Source: Octopus sinensis (taxonomy: Eukaryota). Taken from it: a DNA stretch of 64,000 bases. The notes under the pieces are model-generated. The model searched no databases. It was not told where the DNA came from and saw nothing but the letters and a program-made list of their open reading frames with translations. This document shows positions 22,500 to 35,199 of the stretch, in pieces (position 1 is the stretch's first letter; each line of letters opens with the position of its first letter). The position numbers and the translations under genes are program-made. Location: the NCBI RefSeq assembly GCF_006345805.1, contig NW_021831287.1, positions 124,001 through 188,000 on the forward strand. The letters are read 5' to 3'.

Positions 22500-23459
22500 T
22501 TCTTAATTCATTTATTTTATTAGTTATTGTGTCTTTTGTTACTCGATTCCATGCTTCTCTTACGAATATGATAACTTGTCGCATATTTATCTTCAATAAT
22601 GTCACATTATAATTCTCATAAATATCGCCAATACAAATTGCTTCATAAAGGACATTTGATTAAGATAATTTAAAAGAATTGATGATCTCCATATCAAGGG
22701 ATTGAAGAATGGTAGTTGTATTCTTTGGAAGTTTGAGGAAAATAATATTTGAATAATTTAGACATCTATGACACGTAGAATTATCAAAAAGAATTAAAAT
22801 TTTTCGATTTTGTGAAAAAATGTATAATTTAAAATCATTACTTCACAATCCTCAGTTCTTATATTTTTGAGGCATCTGAGTGATTTATACTTTCCAATAA
22901 CCAAAGGTTTTAACTTTTCACCTTTAATAAAACAGCATAAAAGGATTATTATTTTTTACAAATTTTTCTACCAAAGAAATTTTCATTTTTAGCGACAAAT
23001 GATTTACTCGGATTCTTTTTAATGAAAAGGCAGGTTTCATCACAATTAAAAATGTCTTCCATGTTGAAATTATTTATAGTCATCATACTCTTCGTAAAAT
23101 TTTTTAATTAAATTTTGTCGGAGAAATCCTTGTTTAGTTTCCATTTTTATTCTAGATACTCCTCCCTTCCCGACTTTGAACAGCTTGGATATTTCCTTTT
23201 CATATATGGTGTTTGCCAACGCCTCAAAAATTTTTTCCTTAAAGTACAGGAAAGTTTTTTTGGCAAAACCACACGCAATAATGAAATAATGCATAAAAAT
23301 TTCATTTATAAAATGGCCCAATAAGCGGGAATTTTTTAATTTAGTATTCTATTGGTAGAAAATTGGATAAACTGCTATAAAATGGACTTTAGAAATAAAA
23401 GTGCCCCAAATACAGAGGGTGCCCCAAGGCCAGGGTTTTATTGGGGCGGGGTCGGACTG
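22500..23459 (-). mobile_element. pogo/Tigger element, 5' end with terminal repeat, decayed; related to the 33177 element
   Basis: End ggggcggggtcggactg followed by TA; shared gagggtgcccca subterminal motif; KLFKVGKGGVSRIK HTH region; DDE_1 remnants near 22600-22800. Confidence 0.65.
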
Positions 23460-23559
23460 TACAACAAAAAAGTTTTTTTCCAATTTTTCCGTAAATGTTC
23501 AGATTTGGTTTGTCAATTCATTTACATTTCCAGTATTGTATTTTCAAGAAAAGAATTCT

Positions 23560-23850
23560 TATTTTTTTGGTTAGCCTTGATTCAGAAGATACCAGACAAG
23601 TTGTCAGACTGGTCACTAAAAGTAAACATAGAAAAAAAAGTAGATCACGGAACTGAATAAAATAAGAGAGAAGACAAAAAACTATACCACAAAACTAAGA
23701 AACTGGGCTCCCTCTTAGGTAAAGCAGAAGATATTACAATCGGAAGAAAACGAGATTTTGTTTCTACAATGAAATGGTAAAGCCCAAACTACTCTAAAAT
23801 ACGGAAACATGACGTTATACAAGACAGGAATACAAAAAGGTAAATTCTTT
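23560..23850 (+). mobile_element. RTE-like LINE fragment
   Basis: IPDKLSDWSLKVN and KKLGSLLG match the family at 57263..57481. Confidence 0.55.
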
Positions 23851-24888
23851 TCAGAGAAATCAGCCACGACTAATCATAATCTACTTGCCTCGGAGCCACG
23901 ACGCTTCAGATGCCGACCAAAAACAACATTGTCCTTGAAAAAAAACTCGAAGACATCGTGAAGCGCCTTGAGGATCTCAAATTGTTGTACAAAGCGGATT
24001 AAAACGAAAGGAGATTTTCTAGAAATTTTATTTTTTAGTTTTAACTTTTATGTAATATAACAGTTTTTTTGGATTGTTTTGACTAAATGTGCGTTAACAT
24101 GATTATTTAATGTATTGAATAATATAAAGTATATAAGTTGGAAATAATTCAATTATCACTAATTATTTGACGTTTTACATTGTAAAAATATTTGCTAAAT
24201 ATATTTTAAAAACTTTATCCATAATTCAACTTCAACTTTACATGATAAACCAGACATAGTACAGTGTACACAATTTCATACATTTTCTAAAATCTAATTA
24301 CAATAAAGTTTATAAGTCAATAAGTTTTTTGATTGAAACTTATTCAAAACAGAAGCAGTAATATAAAATTTATGTGCAAAATCAATCACTTTCTTCACAT
24401 CAGATCAAAATTAATCATCATTAAATTATTTAAAAAATCTTACCTTTTTTCGAGATAATGAAAATCATAATCTCGCATAAAATATCTTGTTGCATTATCA
24501 TCTCATAAAATACTCTGCTATTAAAATTGAAAATAATGCAGAAAGTTCATATAAATCACACATTGTCCAAATTTTCCAAAAAATAAAAATGATTAGGCTT
24601 GCATCTATTCTGAGATAAATAACTTAAGAGGGTTAATTTAAATTGATTTTTTTGACATTAAATAAAACTTTTTTAAAAAGGAATCTTTTTAGAATAGCTT
24701 TAACAGGTTTTTGGAGAAGAGTAATGTCGTTGACAGAAATAGCCCTTTTTTAATTTTCCTCAAATGAAGTATCTGGTGACATTTACTTCAAAGTTCAAAT
24801 ATTTAAAAAAATTACACTTTTTAATATTAAGTTAAATTTAATACAATAAAAAACAACAAAATTTATTTGTAATAAAAAAAACGTCAGA

Positions 24889-25286
24889 CTATTCCATGTC
24901 GTTGGGACTCTTCCTTTTCTTAGCATGGGAAAGTTTAAATTCTAAAAAATGGACATGAACACGTAACCTTCCATAAACTGCTTTATATGAGGAATGTAAG
25001 AAGAAAATGACCTTTCATGAAGGGAGGCATAGCAGTCAGCAGGAGTCATCATTTTCCGGTTTCTATCCAAGGTTATTTGGGTCGCACTAAATTGATTGTT
25101 AATTTTCAACTTTGATGTGATGTAGAGGATAAATACACTTGCTGCGTTAGCTATTGCTTTTTTGGCTTCTGAGGAGACGGAAACTCCCTCAGGTAGCTGA
25201 AATTTTGTAATTTAAATTACTGATTCTTTGATTATTTTTGAAACTATGGCCTGTGGAAGGCTTAGATCGGAGGGAGATTGAGCCAT
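24889..25286 (-). CDS. POLE3: DNA polymerase epsilon subunit 3 / CHRAC17 (histone fold); 4 exons, introns of 23, 24 and 26 nt; absent from the ORF track
   Basis: Spliced product MAQSPSDLSLPQAIVSKIIKESLPEGVSVSSEAKKAIANAASVFILYITSNATQITLDRNRKMMTPADCYASL...KKRKSPNDME*. Confidence 0.9.
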
Positions 25287-25682
25287 AAACGCACCACAAG
25301 AATGAAAATTGTAATAATTAATTTTATTCTTATCATAATATTAAGTCGCAAATAGTTTAGCAAAATTATCCCAAAAAGTTACCAAAATATAAAAAATAAT
25401 TCGATAATCAGAAATTGATATCTGGAATTGAAACAAGCTAGAAATTGTGCTAAATATACTACTAATAAAAATATGGATTATTTTAAGATCAAATTCGAAT
25501 ATTCCATCAAATTTTATTTTCTAGCAAAAAAAAATTTTGCGATATCCGAAACCAACGATATGTCGTGATTTGATGCGATCAATCAAACTCACTAAAATTA
25601 TTTATTTAGTCTCAATCAAGCAATTTATTAGTTTGTTGACTTTACTTAGTAGTTTGACCCTAATAAGCAGATTATCTTTGAT

Positions 25683-25706
25683 AAAAAAAAAAAAAAAAAA
25701 AAAAAA
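25683..25706 (+). repeat. A24 homopolymer
   Basis: Direct count; it may be a retroposed poly(A) remnant. Confidence 0.9.
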
Positions 25707-25769
25707 TCAAGCAAATTTATTTTGCACCTTCAAAAATATGAATTCTTATTTATTTGACTATAAATGAAT

Positions 25770-26640
25770 CGAAAGAAATTGTTAAGGACAATAAGAAGAA
25801 GAACTGATGGCGATCCTGTTTCCCCTCACTATTGCTCGGGACACGTTCTGGAGGAGCCATCTCGTCTCCAGAGGATTGTGTGTTCTCAAGGTCTTGAGAC
25901 GTCCAATACACTTGAGGAAGCACAACGACTCCTTCCCAGGGTTTCGACAGCAACCGGCCGGAAAACTTAAAGATCGGTGAGCCCATCATATTTCTTCTTC
26001 TGGATGTCCTCTGCTTTATCCGCAGCTGTGCCGGCATTGCAGGCACTTTCCAACATGTTTGTCTTGGACAAGGAGTCGAAACATGTTGAATCCCATACGA
26101 GAGGCTTTCCCTCTAAAAACGGAAAGATAGTCATCCCGTCTGGGCGTTTTCCATCTCCTCGGTCCAATCCAGGTTGTTCCAGCACTGATGGGAATCCGAT
26201 TGAATCGAGAGCTCTTCTTATAACGTCGTTGAGAGCTCGACAGGAAAGAGGGTGAATTCCAAATTGATCAATCGATGCACCACAGCGGAATTTGTGTGGT
26301 TCACAAACTTTGAGACCGATACGTAGACAGATACCAACTCGCAGTGTGTCAGAATCCAAGAGAGTCCCCAAGCTTCCGATCGGGAAGGCATCCAAACATT
26401 CTCCACTCCCCGTGGACCTCCCGGCAAGCAAGCATGCTCTACGGTGTTGATTCGATGTCTTTAGGAGACTCTCGAACCGACCTTCGCACACAATCTTGTC
26501 ATGTCAGTCCGACGGCAGCTTCGATTCGTTTGCGCTCCAACTGTCAAAGTAGGCAGTCATCTTAGGTATTGAAGATTCGGGGAGGATATGGAGAATCTTC
26601 CGAACCAGAGTATGACTGCTGTACAGTGAAGACAGGAATG
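25770..26640 (-). mobile_element. CRE-clade retrotransposon fragment
   Basis: [56 protein letters not shown] and PVAVETLG. Confidence 0.85.
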
Positions 26641-27827
26641 CGGGGCGGGACACATCGATAGGATAATATATACTTCAAAAATATTATACTGCAGATTGTT
26701 GATAAGATCGATTTTTTAATTTGTGAGAACAAAAAAAGCGGCAACTGTTGATAATTTGATCCAAAATCTTAATGACGAAAGAACTAATTTTATGTTTTTT
26801 ATTTCTAATGATATTGTTTTAATTCATTTATGTTTTTTTTTATTTTTAAAATTCTACATCCTAATTTTTTCCACGTCAATTGCGTAGCTCATACATTACA
26901 TACTTATTAGGAAAAACCAAAAGCAAAAATTGTTGTTTTCAGAAATTGGAATTCAGCCAAAGTCGTATTGACTATAAATTTGATTTAATTGATTTTTGCA
27001 ATTGCAACCTGAAGTTCGTAATTGCCAAATTGACTTGAAAATTGTATAGATAGAGTTCCTGATTAAAAGTTACATATTATTAAAGTCAAATCTTTCTAAT
27101 TTACCACCTCTATGATTTGTCACTCTCACTTTTTTACCAAAAAAATAAAATTCTGAAAATTCAAAAACTTCAATTATTCAGCATTTTCTAGATATTCACA
27201 CAACCAAACTTCGTGGATACCCTTAAAAAATTCAATTTATGGTTGATGGATATAGGTATAAAGATAAAAGGAAAAATATTATTGATTTTACCACCTCATT
27301 TTTGCCACTATTTTGTTCGGTCCCGTTAGTGGCAATAAATAGAGAGTTGACTGTATTCAAAAAATTGATTAATATGTTTGAAAACGAGGAAATTTCAGTA
27401 ACTTCTAAGAAAGTGCAGTAAAATATGATAGATTAGTACAAAGTTGTTCTTAAATAGTAATTTATAGAAAAATATTATTCCAAAACTGTCAGCCATTCTC
27501 AGCATTTGTCGAACGATGCTTTTGGTAATTCAGGAGTTTTTTGAGGTTAAATAGAAAAATTTAGTACGCAAAATCTGTAAACTTACGTTATGTGAATTAT
27601 CAGTAAATAGTTTTTAAAATTACTTGTATCTTTATTATCTGAAATAAAAGTTTAAACTAAGAACTTTACCAGTTTAAATTAAGAAAAAATAAAGTTAAGT
27701 TTTTTTTTAACTTTAAAGTTAAAAATCTTGGTTTATAGGTAATAAAGTCAACTTTTTAAAGATAAAAGTGTTTGCCCTATTTATAACACAAAATTAAATA
27801 TAACAAAACATCCAAAAATGAAGTAAA

Positions 27828-28597
27828 TTAGGAATAGAGAGAAAGAATGGACTTGAGCTTCTCATACTGTGGATTATTGTCCTTGTCCAACAACTCCCTC
27901 GCCTGTCGATTGAGTTCCTTGGAGGGCATAAAACAAGACTAAACATTTCTGGCCTTCTTCTGCTCGTAGAAGACGGCGGCATTGGCTCTGCGCTTGTCCT
28001 CCAACTCCTCCACCAAGTCGGCACTCTTCCAGCCAAATCGACGGGCCACTTGCCCCAACACGGTGAACTGCCGTCAGAGGGATGACCAACCTTGCGGTGG
28101 GGCTTCAAGCATACCGCCTTCACAGCACGCGGGAAAACCATTTTCTTTGTTCTCTGGAATCGGAGAGGAACTCCTTCGAAGGTGGACAAGCGGGAGAAGG
28201 CCTCTGATCCGCGGGATGTCCGATAGGGGATCATTCCTTCTCGTTATGCTCACTCACAACCTCGGACTGCCTTACGAAACATTCCCCCGGGGGCTCGGAA
28301 GTGGAGTGGTCCCTTCTTTGGGTTTGTGTTGGTTCTCTTGTGGAGATACGACTGGAATTTCACTGAGGATTTAAATGTCGGGACTACATTTGTTCTTCCT
28401 TTCTGACCCTGAGACGATCAGTTTCTCACATCGAAGTACCACCACTTCTCTCTTTGCTGAAAGGCATTAAAGGGCTCTCATACTTGTGAGGAGTAGTTTG
28501 GCGATTATACTCGCCAGTCTCCCTTCTATATGATTGCTGGCATCCACAATTAGAGGCTAATATTCCATACATCGAGGTATACCTTATTACTGTTCAT
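27828..28597 (-). CDS. RPL13A: 60S ribosomal protein L13a, copy 2, intact
   Basis: Same exon structure as copy 1; intron 2 is 27 nt instead of 28; C-terminus QYEKLKSILSLYS*. Confidence 0.95.
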
Positions 28598-28599
28598 GT

Positions 28600-28616
28600 C
28601 AACAAGTTATCACGTG
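28600..28616 (-). promoter_or_regulatory. Candidate RP promoter motif, RPL13A copy 2
   Basis: Reverse complement is cacgtgataacttgttg. Confidence 0.5.
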
Positions 28617-29908
28617 GCTGATAATTTATTATTTTTAAATAATTATTCTTTTTCCCCATTATTTAAAGCTATTAATAATAACCTTAATTAATTTTCAAAA
28701 AATTGTTATGATCGCTATTTTTAGGAGTTTACCTGATGATAAAAAATTAATTAACTAATTAATTGCCTAAGTCCTAAGCCATTAAAACGAACAAAAATGG
28801 CACTCCACACATCTCCTCCCCTTTTTCCTCCCATTTTCTGGCTCTGTAGATCTTCGAAAAAGTGCAGTCCGGCACCTCTAGATGACTAAATGTCAGAAAA
28901 AAACTGGATCGTCAATAATCAAACAAATACTCTTCAGACTCCTCTTAAAAATAGTAAACTGCATATAAACCTGTAGAGACTTATCTACACTAATGTATGT
29001 CGGTTATATGAATTTTCTCTGGCTGATTATGCTATGGATGTTGGAATATTAATGTCGGGGGTTTAATTCCGAAGGAAGCAAGTCTGCAGCTGGGGTCAGT
29101 TCCAACCCGTGAGGCGACGAGTCCATCTGGCACGACACAGATGTAGAAAGGAGATCTCCTGCCTTCCCTTGATCACATCACCAATGAAAAAATCTCCATT
29201 TCGTAAAACCCTTCCGAAAACAAATTATGTGGGGTGAGCGACGGTAGGAGGCTGACAAATGGGAACTGGGCACATCAGATATTCCCCACCTCTTTTTAAA
29301 TCCGGAAGACTGTATTAAAGATTTGGAGGCTAATGCTGATCGGCACAGACATTTCCTTCTTTTCTTGGCTTCTTCATTCGATTAGTTAGCTATAACTGTT
29401 TCTGCTGGGTTTGCTATGCAAGCTTGGGGGTTAATAAATAAAATGAATCTTCATATTTTTGAGTATTTTAAATGAAAAATTTCAGCTAAATTTGGTAGAT
29501 CTAAAAAAGTTTTCAACCACAAATAAAAATTATAAATGGATTTTAACAGTCATTGATGTTTATACTAGGCTTTGAAACATTTTATTCAGATTTGCACTTC
29601 TTCATAAATTATGAAGGCAATTGGACCAACACAAACCTTGGAAAATTTTGCAATCGAATAATAGTTCAGATTTTAAAAATTTATCTTTTAAGAAATCTAT
29701 GCGAAGAGTTTAACGCACTTCAAATACATAAAAGACAAAACAATTTTTTGACACAAGTTAAAATAAACTTTTCGTTGTGACTGAATAAATTCAAATCTCA
29801 ATTCTATCGAGATCATAAAATCATTCCTTTATTTAATAAACCCAACTCAAACAAAAAAAATTGAGTTTATTAGTATAACCGAATAATGTTAGTGGAGTAG
29901 AATCAGGA

Positions 29909-30551
29909 TTAGTTATATTCGATGCTATTGTCTAAATAAATCACCGACTGCATTTTGTTGTTCTCCTCATTGGCTGTCACATTCTTCCTAAGGGCTTTCA
30001 CATTCGTAATATTTTTGGAGATGGGAGGTTTTGTTGGAAGAACTTGAAAAATAACAAAAATAAATAAACTTTTTGTTTCACATAAATATTTGAGCTGACG
30101 ACGGCACACAATGTCATTCCAAAAATATGATGATGAAATCCACGCGACACAATCCTCAATATTTCGCCTACTGTTGGGTTGTCCTTTGAGCCAATAAAAC
30201 AATGACTCGATCAAAGTTGTGGAAATACCTGTTTTCGTCCGTAGGAATCTCGATAGTCCTCTTCTCTTTTGATGTCATTGAGTCCAATGTAAAAAGGTCC
30301 TTTTTCCTTTTTAACAAAATTGTCTTGGCATCACAGTGAAGTGTCTACCATATATATATTTGTAAGTAATTTTCGAATCAACCACGGCCAATACGCCACC
30401 ACGTTTTTTGCAATCAGCCTTTGCTTTCTGATAGTTCAATAAATTGTTGAAATAAGTGTAACACTTTCCATTAAAGCACTCTTTATTAAATATGTTTAAA
30501 TATACAACTTTTAGTCATTACAGCACTCATTACTGCAAAGATATACAACAT
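29909..30551 (-). CDS. Secreted single-domain C-type lectin; 5 exons
   Basis: MLYIFAVMSAVMTK signal; CFNGKCY, ADCKKRGGVLAVV, FYIGLND, WLKGQPN, EDCV and WNDIVC...YLCE; introns of 23-28 nt. Confidence 0.85.
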
Positions 30552-31441
30552 TTGTCGTAGTAGTATATCAATCACTCATATATGTAACATTAGCCATATG
30601 GAACCTCTCGACTCGAAATTTATTGACAGTACTACTTTAATTGTAGAATTTATGTACTTTTAGGTAGTTAAATATACTTTTCCATAGTTTAATATTCCGC
30701 GCTAAATTAGGAGGGTAAATCATAAAACTACAGCAGTCTAGAATAGAAACTAATCATACAATATCACATTTCTGAGTATTAAAATGTAAACCTCACATTA
30801 TTTTTGTGATAAATGGCCTTACAAGAACTTGGTAGCGACCAACTAAAACTGAGAGTCTTTACAAGTCAAGGTGAAATGTCGAGGATTGAAACATCTGTAA
30901 AACTGCGTGGTTGTAGTCCCCAATTTTAAGAAGCTACAAAATCTAAACACTTCGAAATGTCAGTAAAACAGAAAATTTTTGATTTTAGAACGATGGTTGG
31001 TCTGTATTAATAAATACAGCATTTTAACCCTCTATGCCTAAGAATAGTTTTTTTGATCTAAAAATATAGATTTAAGTTCCCGCAAGAAAATAAAATGATT
31101 GTAAATATTAAATCAATCTCTAGAATTCCCAAAAGTCGTTTTTATTTCCCATTCACTATTAAATGCACAATTTCTGGCTTTTTGACTTCCATTCTTACTT
31201 CTGAGATTAAAATTATAGAAAAAATGAAAAAACACAAAAAATAAAAATTTAAAGTTTTTTTGACATAAATTAATTTGTTTGAAAATTTCATACTTTCCAA
31301 TTAAAAAATAATTTTTGGCCTATTCGAGCTTGAAATGCAGTGAAATAAAAAAATTGAAAATACGCCTTATTAAAATAAAATTTGACTAAAAAGAAATTAA
31401 AACATTACATGGAAATTAAATAAGAAAAGAAATCTCTAATT

Positions 31442-32350
31442 TTAGAAAATGCTCAAATGAATTCTCTTTCGTATTGACATTGAATCAAAACAGAGTAAAC
31501 TCAAAGAATAGTACAAACAGACTAATACACTTATTCGCCAAAATGGAAAGTTAAAGTTTGATAACGCAAGGTAAGATACCCAAAGTGAATACAGATTTCG
31601 AAAGTCAGAGAAAGGAGAACTATGAAAAATATTGCTTGCATTGGAGATGAGAAACAAGTGCGACTCCATGAAGCAAGAAAAGAATTCCAAAAGCAAAATT
31701 AGTTCTTTGAACTGAACTAGAGACGCTTGAAAAAACAAATGAAAAGTTCACGTTTAGCGAGAGTGAATGCTTATCGTATTAGAAAAAATATAAGTTAAAC
31801 ACGAGAGGGATGGTAGTACAGTCCGATTAACAAAAGAGTCGGCAGAGAACGCATTTTCAGACTTTAGCATAGAAACAATCCTCGAAGTAATTAAACAACT
31901 CCCAAACTAGAAAGCTAGTAGATGCGACGGGGTGTACAACTTTTTTGAAAAAATAACCAAAAATCATGACCACTTGTATGAGGAACTTGTAATACATGAA
32001 GAGTATATAAAGAATAGTGATTGGGAACCTTGACTTAACATAGTGAGATAATTGCAAGAAAACCGCTTGAGTAAGCAAATAATAAAAGACCGTTGCATGA
32101 ATTCTCTTCGATTGTTTAAATGATCCCGACGTTGATGTTGTTGAATCCTCCATTGGTTTTTTCATAGAAATAACTCACGAGAACTGAGCAACTTCCGTGT
32201 TTCATACAAAACATTAATTTATTTTCGACAATGCTGGGGGAATGTTCAGTCACTGTAACTCAGCCAGGAAGACAGTTGATCGCTTAGCAACGAGGTTTGG
32301 TTAAATGGCAAGTAAAAACTACTAAAGAAGTGTACACATCTATATTTATG
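31442..32350 (-). pseudogene. Decayed hydrophobic (membrane-protein-like) ORFs; the 32085-32350 part is a third copy of the sequence downstream of the LRR genes
   Basis: Matches about 8270-8545 and 36725-36960 (ttgaatcctcc, gatcccaacgttgat); contains stops and frameshifts; product not recognised. Confidence 0.35.
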
Positions 32351-32539
32351 CAGGTTTGGTCGAACTAAAATTTGAATTTATTTATTTTTACACATAAAAT
32401 TAGTTATTAAAAGTTTTTTTCTTTTTTGTATCTTGCATTACATTTTGTAATTTACCCATAATTAATATATTTGAAGGTGAATTTTGTAGAATAAAAATTT
32501 TCATAGTCTCAATTGCACACATTGCATCTCAATCACCGG

Positions 32540-33058
32540 TCGAAGACCATTTGACGATGAGAAGACTCCAATTCCTACAGGAAATACAAGACGTTTCTCA
32601 TCCAAGTCACAAAATCTCTATTCCAGAAAACAACAGACACATCATTTCTACTTTGGCCGATCAATGTAGATTTCCTTCAAAAATACTTTCAACCAACAAT
32701 GGGAAAACTGCGAATAAACTAATCCATGACTACATCCCCTCTCGTGCTATCAGGATGCTTAAAAACAACAAACTTCTCAACTCTCCCCCCCCCGCCGGTC
32801 CACTCCTCAGAGCAATCACTCGGCAGATATCTCCGTGTCCAGCTTGCTCAGATTCGCTCGGGACATCATCCACTCATTTCCGAAACATACCGTTCCCTCA
32901 CCCCTGAAGACCTTTTCCCCTGTCCTGGACCGCCTCACTTGTCTCCGCCTATTGGGATTCGGGATCTCTGGGAGCGCCCGATCCTCGCGTCTCGCTACCT
33001 GATTGCAGCCGGCTTCCTACGTGTTAGTGAAGCCGGGGTAACATAACTAACTAACTAA
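32540..33058 (+). mobile_element. I-group-like LINE 3' end with (TAAC)n tail
   Basis: LAQIRSGHHPL...CPGPPHL...DLWERPILASRYL followed by taactaactaactaac. Confidence 0.65.
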
Positions 33059-33176
33059 CATTGCATCACAGAAACAATTTTCTCTATATCTTATCATTTT
33101 TATTCTCTTGATTCTTATCTTCACAGGACTTGTTCCCAAAAATTCTTCATCTTTGTTTTTGAAAATTTTATAAGTA

Positions 33177-35054
33177 CAGTACGACCCCGGTTTGGGGCAG
33201 CATTTTTATCATAGTGCCCCAAAAAGCGGGGGTGCCCCAAAATGCGAGGGTAAAGATTTTTTGCTTTTATTTTCTCCTCAATAGATTTTTATTGCATTTT
33301 AGACTATAAATTAAAATTATTTAATATTAATAAAAATTCTAACATAGTCCTTTCTTAATAAAATTAAAAATTTTAATAAATCCAACAAAAAATACTATTA
33401 AAAGTAATCAGTATTTTCTCACCGAATTGGTTTTTTTTCAGTTCTCCTGATAGGTTTTTTCTAAATTCGTAGTAGATTTTCAAAAATTGTGGACATGTAC
33501 TGAAAATATTATCTTCTAGAGAATTCACGATGTTTATGATTTCTTTAATTGATGATTTTTTAGATTCATATCCATCATAAGTAATTTTGTCCTCAATAAT
33601 ATCTGTCGAATCCATTGAAATAACATCTGAAATCACGTCATCTATTAATTCTTCGTCCAACTGTACATTATCCGAAATTTTTGATCTGTTTTCATTTATT
33701 TTCTGCCAGCAATTAATTATCGTTGTCTCTGACATCATTTTCCATGCCTCCCCGACAACTGTAATGACTTGTCTAAGATTGACATTATTCAAATTCAAAT
33801 CAGAAAGCTGTTCTTTTTCAAATATAAGAGTAAAATCAATCAGTTTATTGAAATAGAGGGACTTGAAGGATTTTATTATTCCCATATCTAGGGGTTGAAT
33901 TAAAGCGGTCGTATTTTTGGGAAGAAAAAGTAAATAAACATTGGAATATTCTGTATTTCTGTGACAGCTCGCATTATCCAGTATTAAGACATTTTTCTCT
34001 TTTCATTGATCATATCTTGATTTACTTTCCATAACCATTTCCCAAAAATATCACTAGTCATCCACGAATTTTTTGATGCAGCATATAGTACTCCGTGATC
34101 CTCAGCGTTAAAATTTTTTAAACACCTAGGAGATTTGAATTTTCCAATTAATAGAGGTTTTAACTTTTCACCAAGTGCATTACAACAAAGGAGAAGGGTA
34201 ACTTTCTCTTTGCTCATTTTAATTCCATTGCATTTGTCATTAAATTGAACAAAAGATTTCGACGGCGTTCGCTTTATGTATAAAGCTGTTTCATCACAGT
34301 TAAAAATATTTTCACTTCCTACAGTTTCCAAACAGTTGTCATAATCAGCAAAAAAATTGGAAACCGTAGAAAGGTCAGATGAATTCTTTTCTCCACTTAT
34401 AGTTTTAAATAGCAACTCGTGTCTTTTCTTGAACCGGTCTAGCCATCCATTTGATGCCTTAAATGATTCATAATTTATCTTTTTAGATAATTTTTTTGCA
34501 ATCAGTTTTAAGATAGTTCCAGAAATTGGAAGAAATTCATCTCTCAGACGTAGAAAAGTTTCAAAAACTAATCTATCTAATTCATTATTTGGATCATGTG
34601 ATTCCTTGATTCTATCGGATTCAGTTAATCCCGCGTCAAAATAATAAACAAAATTTTGTTTAATGCGAGAAATAGTACCTGTAATTAATAATTAGTTAAA
34701 AAAGATACCTTTGCTCGTTTTATACTTTTTAGCAAGATCTCTTTCTGAAAATTGACCATGTTTTATATCTTTAGCGATTTTAATTTTTGTTTCATAATTA
34801 ATCTTTGAATTCTTTTTACGAACCATACTAAAGTCAAAATAAACACGTGAAATAATAGTATTAATTAATAATTAATAAATAAACTAACATTTTGTAATTA
34901 AATAAATTAAATAAGTGCCCCAAACCGGGGTCATCAAAAATAAATAATAGAATGAAAAATTTACTGTTTTCAAAAACTGCCCCTAAAAGCGGGGGTGCCC
35001 CAAAACCCGAGGGTGCCCCACCCATGGGGTCTGCCCCAAACCGGGGTCGTACTG
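33177..35054 (-). mobile_element. Full-length pogo/Tigger transposon; transposase 34826..33373 with one 30-nt intron and one frameshift
   Basis: Perfect 24-bp TIRs cagtacgaccccggtttggggcag with TA on both sides; FKASNGWLDRFKKRH, IFNCDETAL, KVTLLLCCNALGEKLKPLLIGK, AWMT-like SWMTS, LILDNASCH and LPKNTTALIQPLDMGII. Confidence 0.92.
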
Positions 35055-35199
35055 TACAATTTTCATTATCATTTGAAACCGGAGAGTCATCCGGAGTGTC
35101 CTGTTTTGCCCAACTGTTAAATACTTTATCAAGCAATTCGTTACTGTTGTTCTTGTATTTTTTAGGGTAACAATGGAAAGAAAAGAAAATAACTAGAAT

